Translations under genes and position numbers: made by a program
Notes under the pieces: model-generated
Told to the model about the DNA's origin: nothing
What the model saw: only the letters and a program-made list of their open reading frames with translations
Databases searched by the model: none
Shown here: positions 38,563 through 51,944 of the stretch, one piece after another
Position numbering within the stretch: the first letter of the stretch is position 1
How the letters are laid out: every line of letters starts with the position of its first letter
Source: Strigamia acuminata
Taxonomy: Eukaryota
DNA length: 64,000 nt
Assembly (NCBI GenBank): GCA_949358305.1
Contig: OX442314.1
Location: forward strand, 33,356,001 to 33,420,000
Direction: 5' to 3'

Positions 38563-39332
38563 CAACAACTGCGCCACGTTCCAGGCGCCGGTTTAGGCAT
38601 TTTAGACCCGTTTTAGACCGTTTTAGATGGCGAAAACGTTCTCTCCATCATTTTCTACCCCTGGGTGAGGTTTTCAGCGTTCATGATTGATGAAAAAGCT
38701 GTTTTCTAACTAGCTGTCCCATTGCTAGTTTTGGCGTCAGGTTTTAGCAACCTTCCGATCCGACTCTGTCGTCTGCACGACCTCCAAGACCGTTTTAGGG
38801 TTAATTTGAGTCAAATAATTCATTCTGGGATTGTTTTGGGTTTTTTACAAGTGTGTTTTTGTAGTTTTTATTGGTTTCAAACATTGTCAATTCTTTATAC
38901 AAGTGTAACTTTCATTTCTCTGTATTTTGAGAACTTTGCATTGCAGCAAAGTTCATTTCTTGCCCCTTAATTATTGTGTAATTGTTGGTTTTCAAGCCCG
39001 TTTTTTAACAATAACTTTATTTGAAGTGCCTATTGTTTCAGGCACGTGCTTCCACGTGCCTTTTATTGTTGAGCAATTTCTTGGGCAGTTGCGCTCCTGT
39101 TGCTAGCATTACCGCGCGTTCTCCGCGCGCGTACTCGCGCGTTTCGCATCACACACATTCGGGTTCAATGGCCTATCGCGGCGGCACATTGTGTGGCATA
39201 GCGCGGCACGTTGCAATTACGTGACGTGGCACGTTGCTGTTACGTGACGCAATAGCCAGTATTTAAGCAGGGGATTCCATCATCGTTTACACAAATGCGC
39301 ATTGCAACGTGGAGGCGCATTCGAGTCCTTTT

Positions 39333-42300
39333 CCCAAGCGTTGAAAAAGGACAAAACTCGTATTCGATTCGAAAGCGAATCGAATACGATTTTTGTCCTT
39401 TTTCAACGCAAAATTGTATTCGATTCGCTTTCGAATCGAATACGAGTTTTGCCCTTCTTCAACGCGAAATCGTATTCGACTCGTTTTCGAGTCGAATGCG
39501 AATTTTGCCCTTCTTCAACGCGAAATCGTATTCGACTCGCTTTCGAATCGAATACGAGTTTTGCCCTTCTTCAACGCGAAATCGTATTCGACTCGTTTTC
39601 GAGTCGAGTACGAATTTTGCCCTTCTTCAACGCGAAATCGTATTCGATTCGCTTTCGAATCGTATACGAGATGGTCGATTTTTGTTTCCCGGACTTTGAT
39701 TCGTATTCGAGTTGTTACGAGTTCGTATTTTGATCGTATTCGTATTCGAATCGAATTCGAATCGTATTCGAATCGAATACGAATCGAATTCGAGTCGTAT
39801 TCGAGATGGTCGATGATTTCCACTCGCTCGTATACGCGTTGTATACGAGCTCGTATTTTGATCGTAATCGTAAACGAATCGTTTACAAGTCGTATACAAG
39901 TTGTATACGACGTGTATACACCTCGTATACGAACGAAGTTTGTGAAAACACAATTTCCAAATAAGACGTATGTGACTACTATGTGTTTTCATGTCGTAGT
40001 AAGTATCCGGTGGATTTTCCAAACTTCGTTCGTATACGAGGTGTATACACGTCGTATACAACTTGTATACGACTTGTAAACGATTCGTTTACGATTACGA
40101 TCAAAATACGAGCTCGTATACAACGCGTATACGAGCAAGTGGAAATCATCGACCATCTCGAATGCGACTCGAATACGATTCGAATACATCTCGAATACAT
40201 CTCGAATACGAGTCGTACGAGTCAAAGTCCGGGAACGGGTCATCGACTATCTCGTATTCGAGTTGTTACGAGTTCGTATTTTGATCGTATTCGTATTCGA
40301 ATCGAATTCGAATCGTATTCGAATCGAATACGAATCGAATTCGAGTCGTATTCGAGATGGTCGATGATTTCCACTCGCTCGTATACGCGTTGTATACGAG
40401 CTCGTATTTTGATCGTAATCGTAAACGAATCGTTTACAAGTCGTATACAAGTCGTATACGACGTGTATACACCTCGTATACGAACGAAGTTTGGAAAATC
40501 CACCGGACACTTACTACGACATGAAAACACATAGTAGTCACATACGTCTTATTTGGAAATTGTGTTTTCACAAACTTCGTTCGTATACGAGGTGTATACA
40601 CGTCGTATACGACTTGTATACGACTTGTAAACGATTCGTTTACGATTACGATCAAAATACGAGCTCGTATACAACGCGTATACGAGCGAGTGGAAATCAT
40701 CGACCATCTCGAATACGACTCGAATTCGATTAGTATTCGATTCGAATACGATTCGAATTCGATTCGAATACGAATACGATCAAAATACGAACTCGTAACA
40801 ACTCGAATACGAGATAGTCGATGACCCGTTCCCGGACTTTGACTCGTACGACTCGTATTCGAGATGTATTCGAGATGTATTCGAATCGTATTCGAGTCGC
40901 ATTCGAGATGGTCGATGATTTCCACTCGCTCGTATACGCGTTGTATACGAGCTCGTATTTTGATCGTAATCGTAAACGAATCGTTTACAAGTCGTATACA
41001 AGTCGTATACGACGTGTATACACCTCGTATACGAACGAAGTTTGGAAAATCCACCGGACACTTACTACGACATGAAAACACATAGTAGTCACATACGTCT
41101 TATTTGGAAATTGTGTTTTCACAAACTTCGTTCGTATACGAGGTGTATACACGTCGTATACGACTTGTATACGACTTGTAAACGATTCGTTTACGATTAC
41201 GATCAAAATACGAGCTCGTATACAACGCGTATACGAGCGAGTGGAAATCATCGACCATCTCGAATACGACTCGAATTCGATTAGTATTCGATTCGAATAC
41301 GATTCGAATTCGATTCGAATACGAATACGATCAAAATACGAACTCGTAACAACTCGAATACGAGATAGTCGATGACCCGTTCCCGGACTTTGACTCGTAC
41401 GACTCGTATTCGAGATGTATTCGAGATGTATTCGAATCGTATTCGAGTCGCATTCGAGATGGTCGATGATTTCCACTCGCTCGTATACGCGTTGTATACG
41501 AGCTCGTATTTTGATCGTAATCGTAAACGAATCGTTTACAAGTCGTATACAAGTCGTATACGACGTGTATACACCTCGTATACGAACGAAGTTTGGAAAA
41601 TCCACCGGACACTTACTACGACATGAAAACACATAGTAGTCACATACGTCTTATTTGGAAATTGTGTTTTCACAAACTTCGTTCGTATACGAGGTGTATA
41701 CACGTCGTATACGACTTGTATACGACTTGTAAACGATTCGTTTACGATTACGATCAAAATACGAGCTCGTATACAACGCGTATACGAGCGAGTGGAAATC
41801 ATCGACCATCTCGAATACGACTCGAATTCGATTCGTATTCGATTCGAATACGATTCGAATTCGATTCGAATACGAATACGATCAAAATACGAACTCGTAA
41901 CAACTCGAATACAAATCAAAGTCCGGGAAACAAAAATCGACCATCTCGTATACGATTCGAAAGCGAATCGAATACGATTTCGCGTTGAAGAAGGGCAAAA
42001 TTCGCATTCGACTCGAAAACGAGTCGAATACGAATTCGCATTCGACTCGAAAACGAGTCGAATACGATTTCGCGTTGAAGAAGGGCAAAATTCGCATTCG
42101 ACTCGAAAACGAGTCGAATACGATTTCGCGTTGAAGAAGGGCAAAACTCGCATTCGACTCGAAAACGAGTCGAATACGATTTCGCGTTGAGAAAGGGCAA
42201 AATTCGCATTCGACTCGAAAACGAGTCGAATACGATTTCGCGTTGAAGAAGGGCAAAACTCGCATTCGACTCGAAAACGAGTCGAATACGATTTCGCATT

Positions 42301-42658
42301 CGACTCGAAAACGAGTCGAATACGATTTCGCGTCGAAGAAGGGCAAAATTCGCATTCGACTCGAAAACGAGTCGAATACGATTTCGCGTTGAAGAAGGGC
42401 AAAACTCGCATTCGACTCGAAAACGAGTCGAATACGATTTCGCGTTGAGAAAGGGCAAAATTCGCATTCGACTCGAAAACGAGTCGAATACGATTTCGCG
42501 TTGAAGAAGGGCAAAACTCGCATTCGACTCGAAAACGAGTCGAATACGATTTCGCATTCGACTCGAAAACGAGTCGAATACGATTTCGCGTCAAAGAAGG
42601 GCAAAATTTGCATTCGACTCGAAAACGAGTCGAATACGAGATCATTTTTTGATCTGGG
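39333..42658. repeat. Nested palindromic foldback array, copy 1
   Basis: 56-bp hairpin units in opposite orientation at the two flanks; central 551-bp tandem units each with long inverted arms; CCCAAG...CTGGG ends. Confidence 0.92.
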
Positions 42659-42999
42659 TCGTGAATGCGTCCGTATGTCACGCGAACGCGTGTTGGAGTC
42701 GATTCCGAGTTCGTATTCCATCTTGAACGCGCATTGGAGACGTAAACCAGTTTATTTTACCCACTCTCGCTCGATCCCGCTTCATCGCTCCTTGTCGCTC
42801 CTGTGAAAAAAAATACATGAGAATGTGCAGAAATGAACCTTCCAATACTCACATGAAAATTGACAACCTTGACACAAAACAGTCTATTGACACTCCCAAC
42901 ACCACCCCGGACGTTTTCCGGAAGAGTTTGGTCCACCCGGAATCCCCAGAATAGTCGCCCCCGAAATGCGGATTTCACGGAAGCCAATCCGCGAAAAGG

Positions 43000-43053
43000 A
43001 TATGTTTTTAGCGGCGCGCCGACGCGTCCGCCACGCCCGTCTGGAGAGCTTAA
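43000..43053. other. 50-bp unique spacer plus TTAA between the two copies
   Basis: ATATGTTTTTAGCGGCGCGCCGACGCGTCCGCCACGCCCGTCTGGAGAGC-TTAA; absent from the outer junctions. Confidence 0.92.
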
Positions 43054-46000
43054 CCTTATGGCGCGCATGCGGATTTCTCGGAGTGCGAAAGGGACCCTAT
43101 TTTTAACATTACGGCGGCCTATACCTTGACCCCCTGTTCGCAGTCTCATGGCTGATTTTGCGGATTTCACTTATTTGTATATTCCGCACGATCGCGCGCG
43201 TTTTATCAACCTTGGGAAAGCCGCTTTCTCAAATTTGCAAATTCCACATTGTGTGAACATGCTACAACGCTTCTGTGCGCGTCAATAAAAAAAAAACCGA
43301 TTAGAAATGAAATTCAGGGTTTTGTTAAAATAAAAATTATACAATATAATCAGTCTATAATGCTTCTATAATGCTGTTGGTTTAATCAGCACATTGTAAT
43401 CGTGTGAAAACACGCGCGCTCGCAATAATACATTACCCAATGTACTTGCACTGGCATGGACCCATCAGTGCGCACTTTCCCGTGCGTGCTGCTTGCACTA
43501 TTTACATCAATTGTTGCTCCACAGGTTGCGCGACCTGCCGGGCAGTTAAGACGTACTAGAATAACCTCAGGATTTGATAAAACCTGATTTTTGGATGACA
43601 CTAAGTAAATGGCAGTGAATGTGAGATGTGAGATACACGATGAATTTAATAAAATTTATATTTCCTAATCATGGGATTGGTTTCACGTTTCATAATCCAA
43701 CAATTAAGTAGAATATCATTATTGCAATTGATTAAAACAAATTTTTTTTACAAATTCTTTGGTTTTACATTTTAAATTTATTTTCCAATAGTTGGCACCA
43801 TCGCAATTGCTGCGAGTTTAAAACACTGCATTCAGCAGAATTTACTGCACTTTCAAATCAAGGCCAGGCATACCTACTGCAAAGTAATGTATAAACCATA
43901 AAGAAGCCTTTGATTCGGAATTGCCTGTAGGTAATTCTGCGCTGGTCTCCAATGGAAATGTCCGCGCCGGTCTTCCGTGCACGGGAAGTCCACAGAAAGT
44001 CCGTGCATTCCGTGCGCTGGGAGTCCGTGCGTCGTACCGCGTGATCTTGCATTGTTTTTTGTGGGCTTTTCCTGATTAGGATTACTTCCTTTTTAACTCT
44101 TGAAGAATTAAGTTTGTTTTTTTTGCTCCAAAACGTCCCAAAACGCCTGAAAATCGCGCAACTCGAGGCAAAACATTACAGTGTGTATTCAAATCAAAAC
44201 TAGCTACAAATACATGCTGAAATTAGCTAAATTTTCAAATTTTTTGGCTTTCAAGAAGTAATGGAAACATTTGACATAACGTGGATCAGTTGCATTCAAA
44301 AACTAAAATATTTTGTGTTTTACTTCAATTTTAAACTAAAAATGATGTCATTTTCTGTTTAAACCCCTGTTAAAGCTTGAAATACATTTTAACTAAAAGA
44401 AATAAGTTTGTTTTTTTCTTCGGCAGTGACGTGTACACACGAGCACGCCTGAGAACGCCAAAAAATGCTAAAAAAACGCTCAAAAACGCCTGAAAATCGC
44501 GCAACTCGAGGCAAAACATTAATTTTTCATCTTTATTTCAACTTTTGTGACGTTTAAAATTGTGTTCTCATGTTTTTTGCCTCAAGTTGCATTGTCATCT
44601 GGCGTTTTGGAGTGTTTTTATGTGTTCGCAGGCGTTCGCAGGCGTTTTTTGGCGTTGTCACTCACTCAAGTGGCCAATTTTAGCATTTTCCGTAGTAAAA
44701 ATGGCCGTTTTTCGTCAAAATGGCCATTTTTAGCCATTTTTCAGAGTAAAAATGTTTTTTTTTCACCGTTTTTATAGTAAAATGGCCATTTTTAGTCGTT
44801 TTTTTAATCAAAAATGGCCGTTTTTATCGTTGAAACGTTATTAAAATGTAACGTTTCAATGGCGTTTTGATCTCGCCTCATTTCCGGTTTTGAAAATTAA
44901 TAAACGCCCCGGCGTTTATTCGAGGCAACACCCAACTTGGGCTTTTATTCGCGTCGCACCGCATCATCATCTCACCTTGCCTCCCGTCTTGAAAATTTAT
45001 AAACGCCCCGGCGTTTATTCAAGGCAAACCATTGTTTATGTAAGTTTTTCCTGATTAGGGTTACTTCCTTTAGAAGAAACACGTTTATTTCTTCTCGCTT
45101 AATCTTGAGTCGTGATCTCGCCTCGTTTCTGGTCTTAAAAATTAATAAACACCCCGGCTTTTATTCAAGGCAATACGGTACGTTTATGAAACCCAACTTG
45201 GGCTTTCATTTTAAAAAAAGCGCGTGTTCTTACGTCGAACTAAGAGATACAGGTGAATTAGCAACGCCTAATTTGATTTAATAAATAAAGCAAACAACAT
45301 CTCGCCTCACTTCTGGCGTTTGTTCGAGGCAAGCCATTGTTTTTGCATTTTTTTTCCTGATTAGGGTTACTTCCTTTTTAACTCTTGAAGAAATAAGTAT
45401 GTTTTTTTTACTCGGCAGTGACGTGTACGCGCGAGTACGCCTGAGAACGCCAAAAAATACTCCAAAACGCCTGAAAATCGTGCAACTCGAGGCAAAACAT
45501 TAATTGTTTATTTTTGTTTCAACTTTTGTAACGTTTACAATTGTGTTCTCATGTTTTTTGCCTCAAGTTGCATTGTCATTTTGCGTTTTGGGGCGTTTTT
45601 AGGCATTTTTAGGCATTTGCGGGCGTTCTTGGGCGTTTTTTGGCGTTGTCATTCAATCAAATAGCCATTTTTAGCCATTTTTACCCATTTTTCATAGAAA
45701 AATGGTCATTTTTAGCCGTTTTTCATCCAAAATGGCCGTTTTTCATCCAAAAGGGCCGTTTTTCATCCAAAATGGAATAATTGTTGTGTCCGGATTTTAT
45801 GTCATTTATTGTCTTAATTAAAGTTAACAAAGTGTCTTTAATTTTTGCTTTTCTTGAATTTCAGCTTTTTAGATATTTTTACATATTAAACTTTCATTTT
45901 TTGTGATTTATTAAAAGTTACAGTGTTTTCATGAATTTTAGTGTCTATGATATTGATATTATCTTTATTCATTGCTATTTAAAGTTTTATTACTTCTCTG

Positions 46001-49000
46001 TGTCTTATTTCTTTAATTCTTGCTCATTTTGTGTGATTTTGGATGATTTTTAGTGCATCCGTCGATTTACAGATCACTTGCGTAAGACGCGTGACGTCAT
46101 ATTTCTTAATCTAGTTCGGTTGTGTTCAAACTTCTAACCTTTTGTTTGGACCTTATTCTTGTGTTATGGATAGGTTTTAGAATTGATTTAGACTAATTTG
46201 GGGGTGATCTGTCGATTGGTTTGCTTTATTTTTGTCCCGGAACGGTCGTTTTGTCGTTTCGAGCGTTTGTTGTCGGTACGCACTTGTGCGCTGCTGACCG
46301 AGTTCATTCCGTTCGGCAAACGATTATTTTCAAGTGTTCTTTTAATAAATAGTGCTTTTGTTGTAGGAAATTACATTTCCTAATGTTATTTTATTCAATA
46401 CAGTGTGTATTCTTGATTTTATTCTTGTGTTGAAATTCAAATGTCGTGTTTTGCCGCTCTAGCGGATTTGAAGTGGGCGCCATGTTGGATTTCCCCGCTA
46501 ATTTCTTTATTTATCCATTTCATTTGTCTTTTTGAAAATGAATAAACGCCCCGGCGTTTATGCGAGGCAAGCCATAGTTTTTGTAGGTTCTTTCCTGATT
46601 AGGGTTACTTGTGACGTGCACGCGCGAGCTCGCCTGAGGACGCCAAAAAAAGCTCAAAAACGCCCCAAAACGCCTGAAAATCGCGCAACTCGAAGCAAAA
46701 AATTACAGTTTGAATTCAAATCAAAACTAACCACAAATACATGCTACAATTAGGTAAATTTTCAAATTTTTTATCAATAAATGATGACTTTCAAGAAGTA
46801 TGACAACATTTGACAAAATTTAGACCAGTTGCATTTAAAAACTAAAATATTTTGTGTTTTACTTCAATTTTAAACCAAAAATGACGTCATTTTTTGTTTA
46901 AACCGGCGTTTATTTGAGGCAAACACGCCGCTGAGAACGCCAAAAAATGCTCAAAAACACTCCAAAAGACCTGAAAATCGCGCAACTTGAGGCAAAAAAT
47001 TAATTTTTCATCTTTGTTTCAACTTTTGTGACGTTTAAAATTGTGTTTTCAAGTTTTATGCCTCAAGTTGCATTGTCATCTGGCGTTTTGGGGCGTTTTG
47101 GGGCGTTCGCAGGCGTTTGCACGCGTTTTTTGGCGTTGTCACTCACTCAAGTGGCCATTTTTAGCCAATTTTCGAAGTAAAAATGGCCTTTTTTTATTAA
47201 AATGGCCATTTTCAGCCATTTGTCATAGTAAAAATGGCCATTTTCAGCCATTTTTTATAGTAAAAATGGCCATTTTTCATCCAAAATGGCCGTTTTTCAT
47301 CCAAAATGACCATTTTTATCATTGACACGCTATAAAAATGTAACGTTTCAATGGCGTTTTGACGGAACCGGTAAGTTTTGAAATTTCCCGTGTCCCGTTA
47401 TTGTGACTCCTCGTCCGGTTTCTCAGAACCGAAACCCTAATACAGGTGAATTAGTGACGCCTAATTTGTTTTAACAAATAAAGCAAACAACATCTCGCCT
47501 CACTTCCAGTCTTGAAAATTAGTAAACGCCCCGGCGTTTATTCGAGGCAAGCCGTTGTTTTTACAGTAATTTCCTGGTTAGGGTTATTTTTTTTTTAACT
47601 CTTGAAGAAATAAGTTTGTTTTTTTCTCGCCTGCACGCGCGAGCTCGCATGAGAATGCTAAAAAATAAGCAAAAACGTTCTAAAACGCCCCAAAACGCTT
47701 CAAAATGCTCCAAAAAGCCTGAAAATCGTGCCACTCAAAGCAAAAAATTATGTTCGCATGTTTTTTGCCTCAAGTTGCACGGTTATCTGGCGTTTTGGTG
47801 CGTTCTTGGGGCGTTTTGGTGCGTTCTTGGGGCGTTTTCGGGCGTTTTTTTGGCGTTGTCACTCACTCCCACACTTTGCTGTCTTGTTTATTACAATTTG
47901 GTTTAGCTGTTGTATTTATTTTTATTTGTTTTATGGTTATTTAATGTGTTTTTGTAGCATTCAAAATGTTTTGTTGCCTAATTTCTCGTTTTGGCGCCAA
48001 CTGTTTGTTTGACAACGCCGTGTCAGAATTTAGGGATGATTCTGCTTTGGTTTCTAATTAAAAAAAAAATGTTGTTTTAATTTCAATTGTAACTGCTTAT
48101 TATAACGTTATTATTAGTATTTTGTAAAGGTTCATTCTTTTTCCATGTTAATAAAAAATGAAGTAACTTTCGGTGAAAAAAAAAACAGTTAAATGCGGAT
48201 CAAAATTAAACACACACGAGAAGTTTAATAAACGTCCCGGCGTTTATTCGAGGCAATACGGTACATTTGTGAAACCCAACTTGGAACCCGAAAATAACGT
48301 GGGGCCGTCTGAACACCTGGATTTGAATTTTCGTCTACGCGCGCGCCGACGCATGGGGAATGCGGGGTGGGGTTCCTTCCCAGTGTTCCGAACGAGTCAA
48401 TTTCACCCCGAAAATATCCCGAAATTGCTGATACATGCATTTCGAGCCAGAAATATTGATCTTCATGTAAATTTTGATTGTTTAGCTTTTTTTTGAAATT
48501 TTACAAATTTTTCTCATCTCCTGCCTTCCTCGCTCATTTAACACCAAAATGGCCTGCATTGAGGATTTTTCCCATAATCCTTTTCACACGTATGGAGCGC
48601 AAACAGTCGCAATAAATGAAATCAGCGGAATTCGGCCTTGAGTTTGCGACGCCATCTTGAATACGAGTAACAGCACAGTATGGTGTCAATTATTCGAACT
48701 GATCGTAAGGCATGGGACAAAAATTGATTAAAAACGAACAAACATGATTAAAAATCAACAAAAATCGACTGAAATCGGACAATAATCAATTCAGAATGAC
48801 AAATAACGATTAAAATTGGCAAAAATTGTCACAAATAGAGAAAAACCGATTAAAAATCAGCAAGAAACCAATAGAAATTGATAAAATCAAATAAAAATTA
48901 ACAAATATCCATTTTGTTTGCTTTTAAACAAATTAAGAACTTTGAAAACACACGACAATTTTAAACAGTAAACACCGGGGTCAAATAAGCGCCGCTACTC

Positions 49001-49547
49001 GTTTAAACACCGGGGAGGTGTTAGTGAAGTGCCTCGAGTGGAGAAATTAATAAACGCTCGAGGCACCACGGTAGGCTTATTAAACACAAAATATGAAACG
49101 CTCGATCTTCAACAGGCGCACACGCCCGAGAACACCTCGGCATGCCTCAGCACTCTCCAAGAAACGAGAAAAACCAAGGCAAAAAAAAAAAAATACACCA
49201 AAATTAGGACTAAAATCAAACACACATGGGGCCCGGAAGATTGATAACATCCCGGCATATATTCAAGGCAGTACGCCATGTTTTTTCCACCATTTTGTAA
49301 GTTTATTTCAATATTCATAAAGTTTATTGCTTTTTGTATCATTAGTAGTATTCCCTTGTGTGATGTGGTTTTATAAATATCACACACAACTGCTTCTGCT
49401 GTTTTCTTCACGTTTATGCTTCGTGTATGCACGTGAAGCCCTCGCACATCTTTTGAGCACCTGTACACATTTGGATACGCTCAAGGTGCTACATCGCGCG
49501 CTCAAACGCACTAGATCGCGCGCGCAAACGCGCTACATCACGCATAT

Positions 49548-49939
49548 TAGGGATAAGAACGGACCGGGATAGGGACTGGACTGGTAATGTTTGCCCTATG
49601 CGGATACGGGACGGGACGGGATTACAGTTGCTAAATTCGTACTGCGAGGCGGAGACAATTTTCTAATTCCAGTTGTTATTTATCACTATTAAGCCTAATA
49701 TTGAGCCTGATAATGCTAAAATAAAGTAAATAAACAACAACAACAAACTCATTATTAAAAGTAAATTACACTGTATGACCAAAATATTGTTGTTTCTTTA
49801 CTTTATTTTAGCATTATTAGGCCTAATATTAGGCTTAATACTGATTTATTTCAATTATGCAATCATACGCGCGTATTACGCTAACGTAATGGACCCGGGA
49901 CGGGTCGGGACCCGAAAATTGGTCCCGTTCTCATCCCTA
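49548..49939. mobile_element. hAT-type MITE nested in copy 2
   Basis: Same TIRs and ACGCATAT TSD as 36936-37327. Confidence 0.88.
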
Positions 49940-51944
49940 ACGCATATATATCGCAGACATATCGCGCCCACGACAAAGCACAAACCCATGGCAGTCACCA
50001 AAGAATATTTACGCCGCTTCCACGCACGTTTTATTTTCTCACAGGCCTCTACACATTTAACTTGCGCGCGCACTTGCTACGTGCTCGTGTGGTCACAATA
50101 AATACCTAATTTTCATTAAAATAACGAATGAACGAAATCACTTCAACCACACTTGCTACGGTCGACGCATCGACGGCGATTCGCATGCGTTACCCCAAAT
50201 ACCGATCAAAAATCGCAGAAAACACTAATCCCGACCCAAAAACCGCCAAAATTACCCTCAACACACCCCAACAACCTTCCACCACTTAAATTACACCGGA
50301 AAAAAAACAATTTCAAACCGAAAAATCAACAAAAAAGGCCAAAAAAATATTGCAAACAAAGAGAAAAGATCAATTATCGAGGCAAATCCCCACCACAAAA
50401 CAACGCATCGCCGGTAAACACTTAAGCGTACAGTGCACAACACTACTGTTTATTTTCAATGATCCAATAAATAAAATTTGAAACAAAGTTGAGTGGAATT
50501 GTACGTTTCTTGTATATTAAAGTTTTTATTTTGTTTGTTTACACTTAATTTTTTTTTTCCATCATAGAATGGCGACTCGATACTTTTGTAGCTCGAATTC
50601 ACTTCGTAAACGTAATCGGTGTTCATCACGCGTCAATGCGCTCGTGCAATAGTATAGGCGCGCATACGATTTGATGCGCGCAAAACTTGCAAAACTTGCA
50701 CGGAATTTGGGCAATTTTTGACAATTTTCAGCAGATTTTTGCCTGTATTTGACAAATTTCAGAAGATTTTTGCCTATATTTGACAAATTTCAGAAGATTT
50801 CCTCAATCCTCAAACATTTGCTGAAATTTCTCATAAAATTTCTAAAATTAATTGAAATTTGTCTGAAATTTGTCTGCAATTTGTCAAATATTGTCAAAAA
50901 TCCGTGGAAATTTGTCAAATACTGGCAAAAATCCATGTAAATTTGTCAAAAATTGCCATAATTCGGTGCAAATTGTGTTAGACATTGGAAAAATTTATTT
51001 TAACGCTTCCAACGCGCCAGTAAATCGCGCGTGCACACGCGTGGATTTTTCGTCATAGTTGGATGCGCGCAAACCTCACGTAACTTGCGCCAAAATTTGG
51101 CAATTTTTGACAAATTTCAGCAGATTTTTGCCAGTATTTGACAAATTTCCACTGATTTTTGACAATATTTGACCCAACAACTGCGCCACGTTCCAGGCGC
51201 CGGTTTAGGCATTTTAGACCCGTTTTAGACCGTTTTAGATGGCGAAAACGTTCTCTCCATCATTTTCTACCCCTGGGTGAGGTTTTCAGCGTTCATGATT
51301 GATGAAAAAGCTGTTTTCTAACTAGCTGTCCCATTGCTAGTTTTGGCGTCAGGTTTTAGCAACCTTCCGATCCGACTCTGTCGTCTGCACGACCTCCAAG
51401 ACCGTTTTAGGGTTAATTTGAGTCAAATAATTCATTCTGGGATTGTTTTGGGTTTTTTACAAGTGTGTTTTTGTAGTTTTTATTGGTTTCAAACATTGTC
51501 AATTCTTTATACAAGTGTAACTTTCATTTCTCTGTATTTTGAGAACTTTGCATTGCAGCAAAGTTCATTTCTTGCCCCTTAATTATTGTGTAATTGTTGG
51601 TTTTCAAGCCCGTTTTTTAACAATAACTTTATTTGAAGTGCCTATTGTTTCAGGCACGTGCTTCCACGTGCCTTTTATTGTTGAGCAATTTCTTGGGCAG
51701 TTGCGCTCCTGTTGCTAGCATTACCGCGCGTTCTCCGCGCGCGTACTCGCGCGTTTCGCATCACACACATTCGGGTTCAATGGCCTATCGCGGCGGCACA
51801 TTGTGTGGCATAGCGCGGCACGTTGCAATTACGTGACGTGGCACGTTGCTGTTACGTGACGCAATAGCCAGTATTTAAGCAGGGGATTCCATCATCGTTT
51901 ACACAAATGCGCATTGCAACGTGGAGGCGCATTCGAGTCCTTTT

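Larger units (their letters stand above)
30442..42999. mobile_element. 12.6-kb non-autonomous piggyBac-type DNA element, copy 1
   Basis: TTAA|CCTTAT...AAAAGG ends; subterminal GCGGATTTC motifs at both ends; no transposase ORF seen. Confidence 0.75.

Noticed and set aside
41960..42640. CRISPR-like palindromic repeat array
   Set aside because: Intervening sequences are near-identical rather than unique spacers; no cas genes; eukaryotic context
43000..43053. Spacer as a 28S rDNA (Pokey-type) target remnant
   Set aside because: No recognisable match to the rDNA TTAAGGTAGCC site
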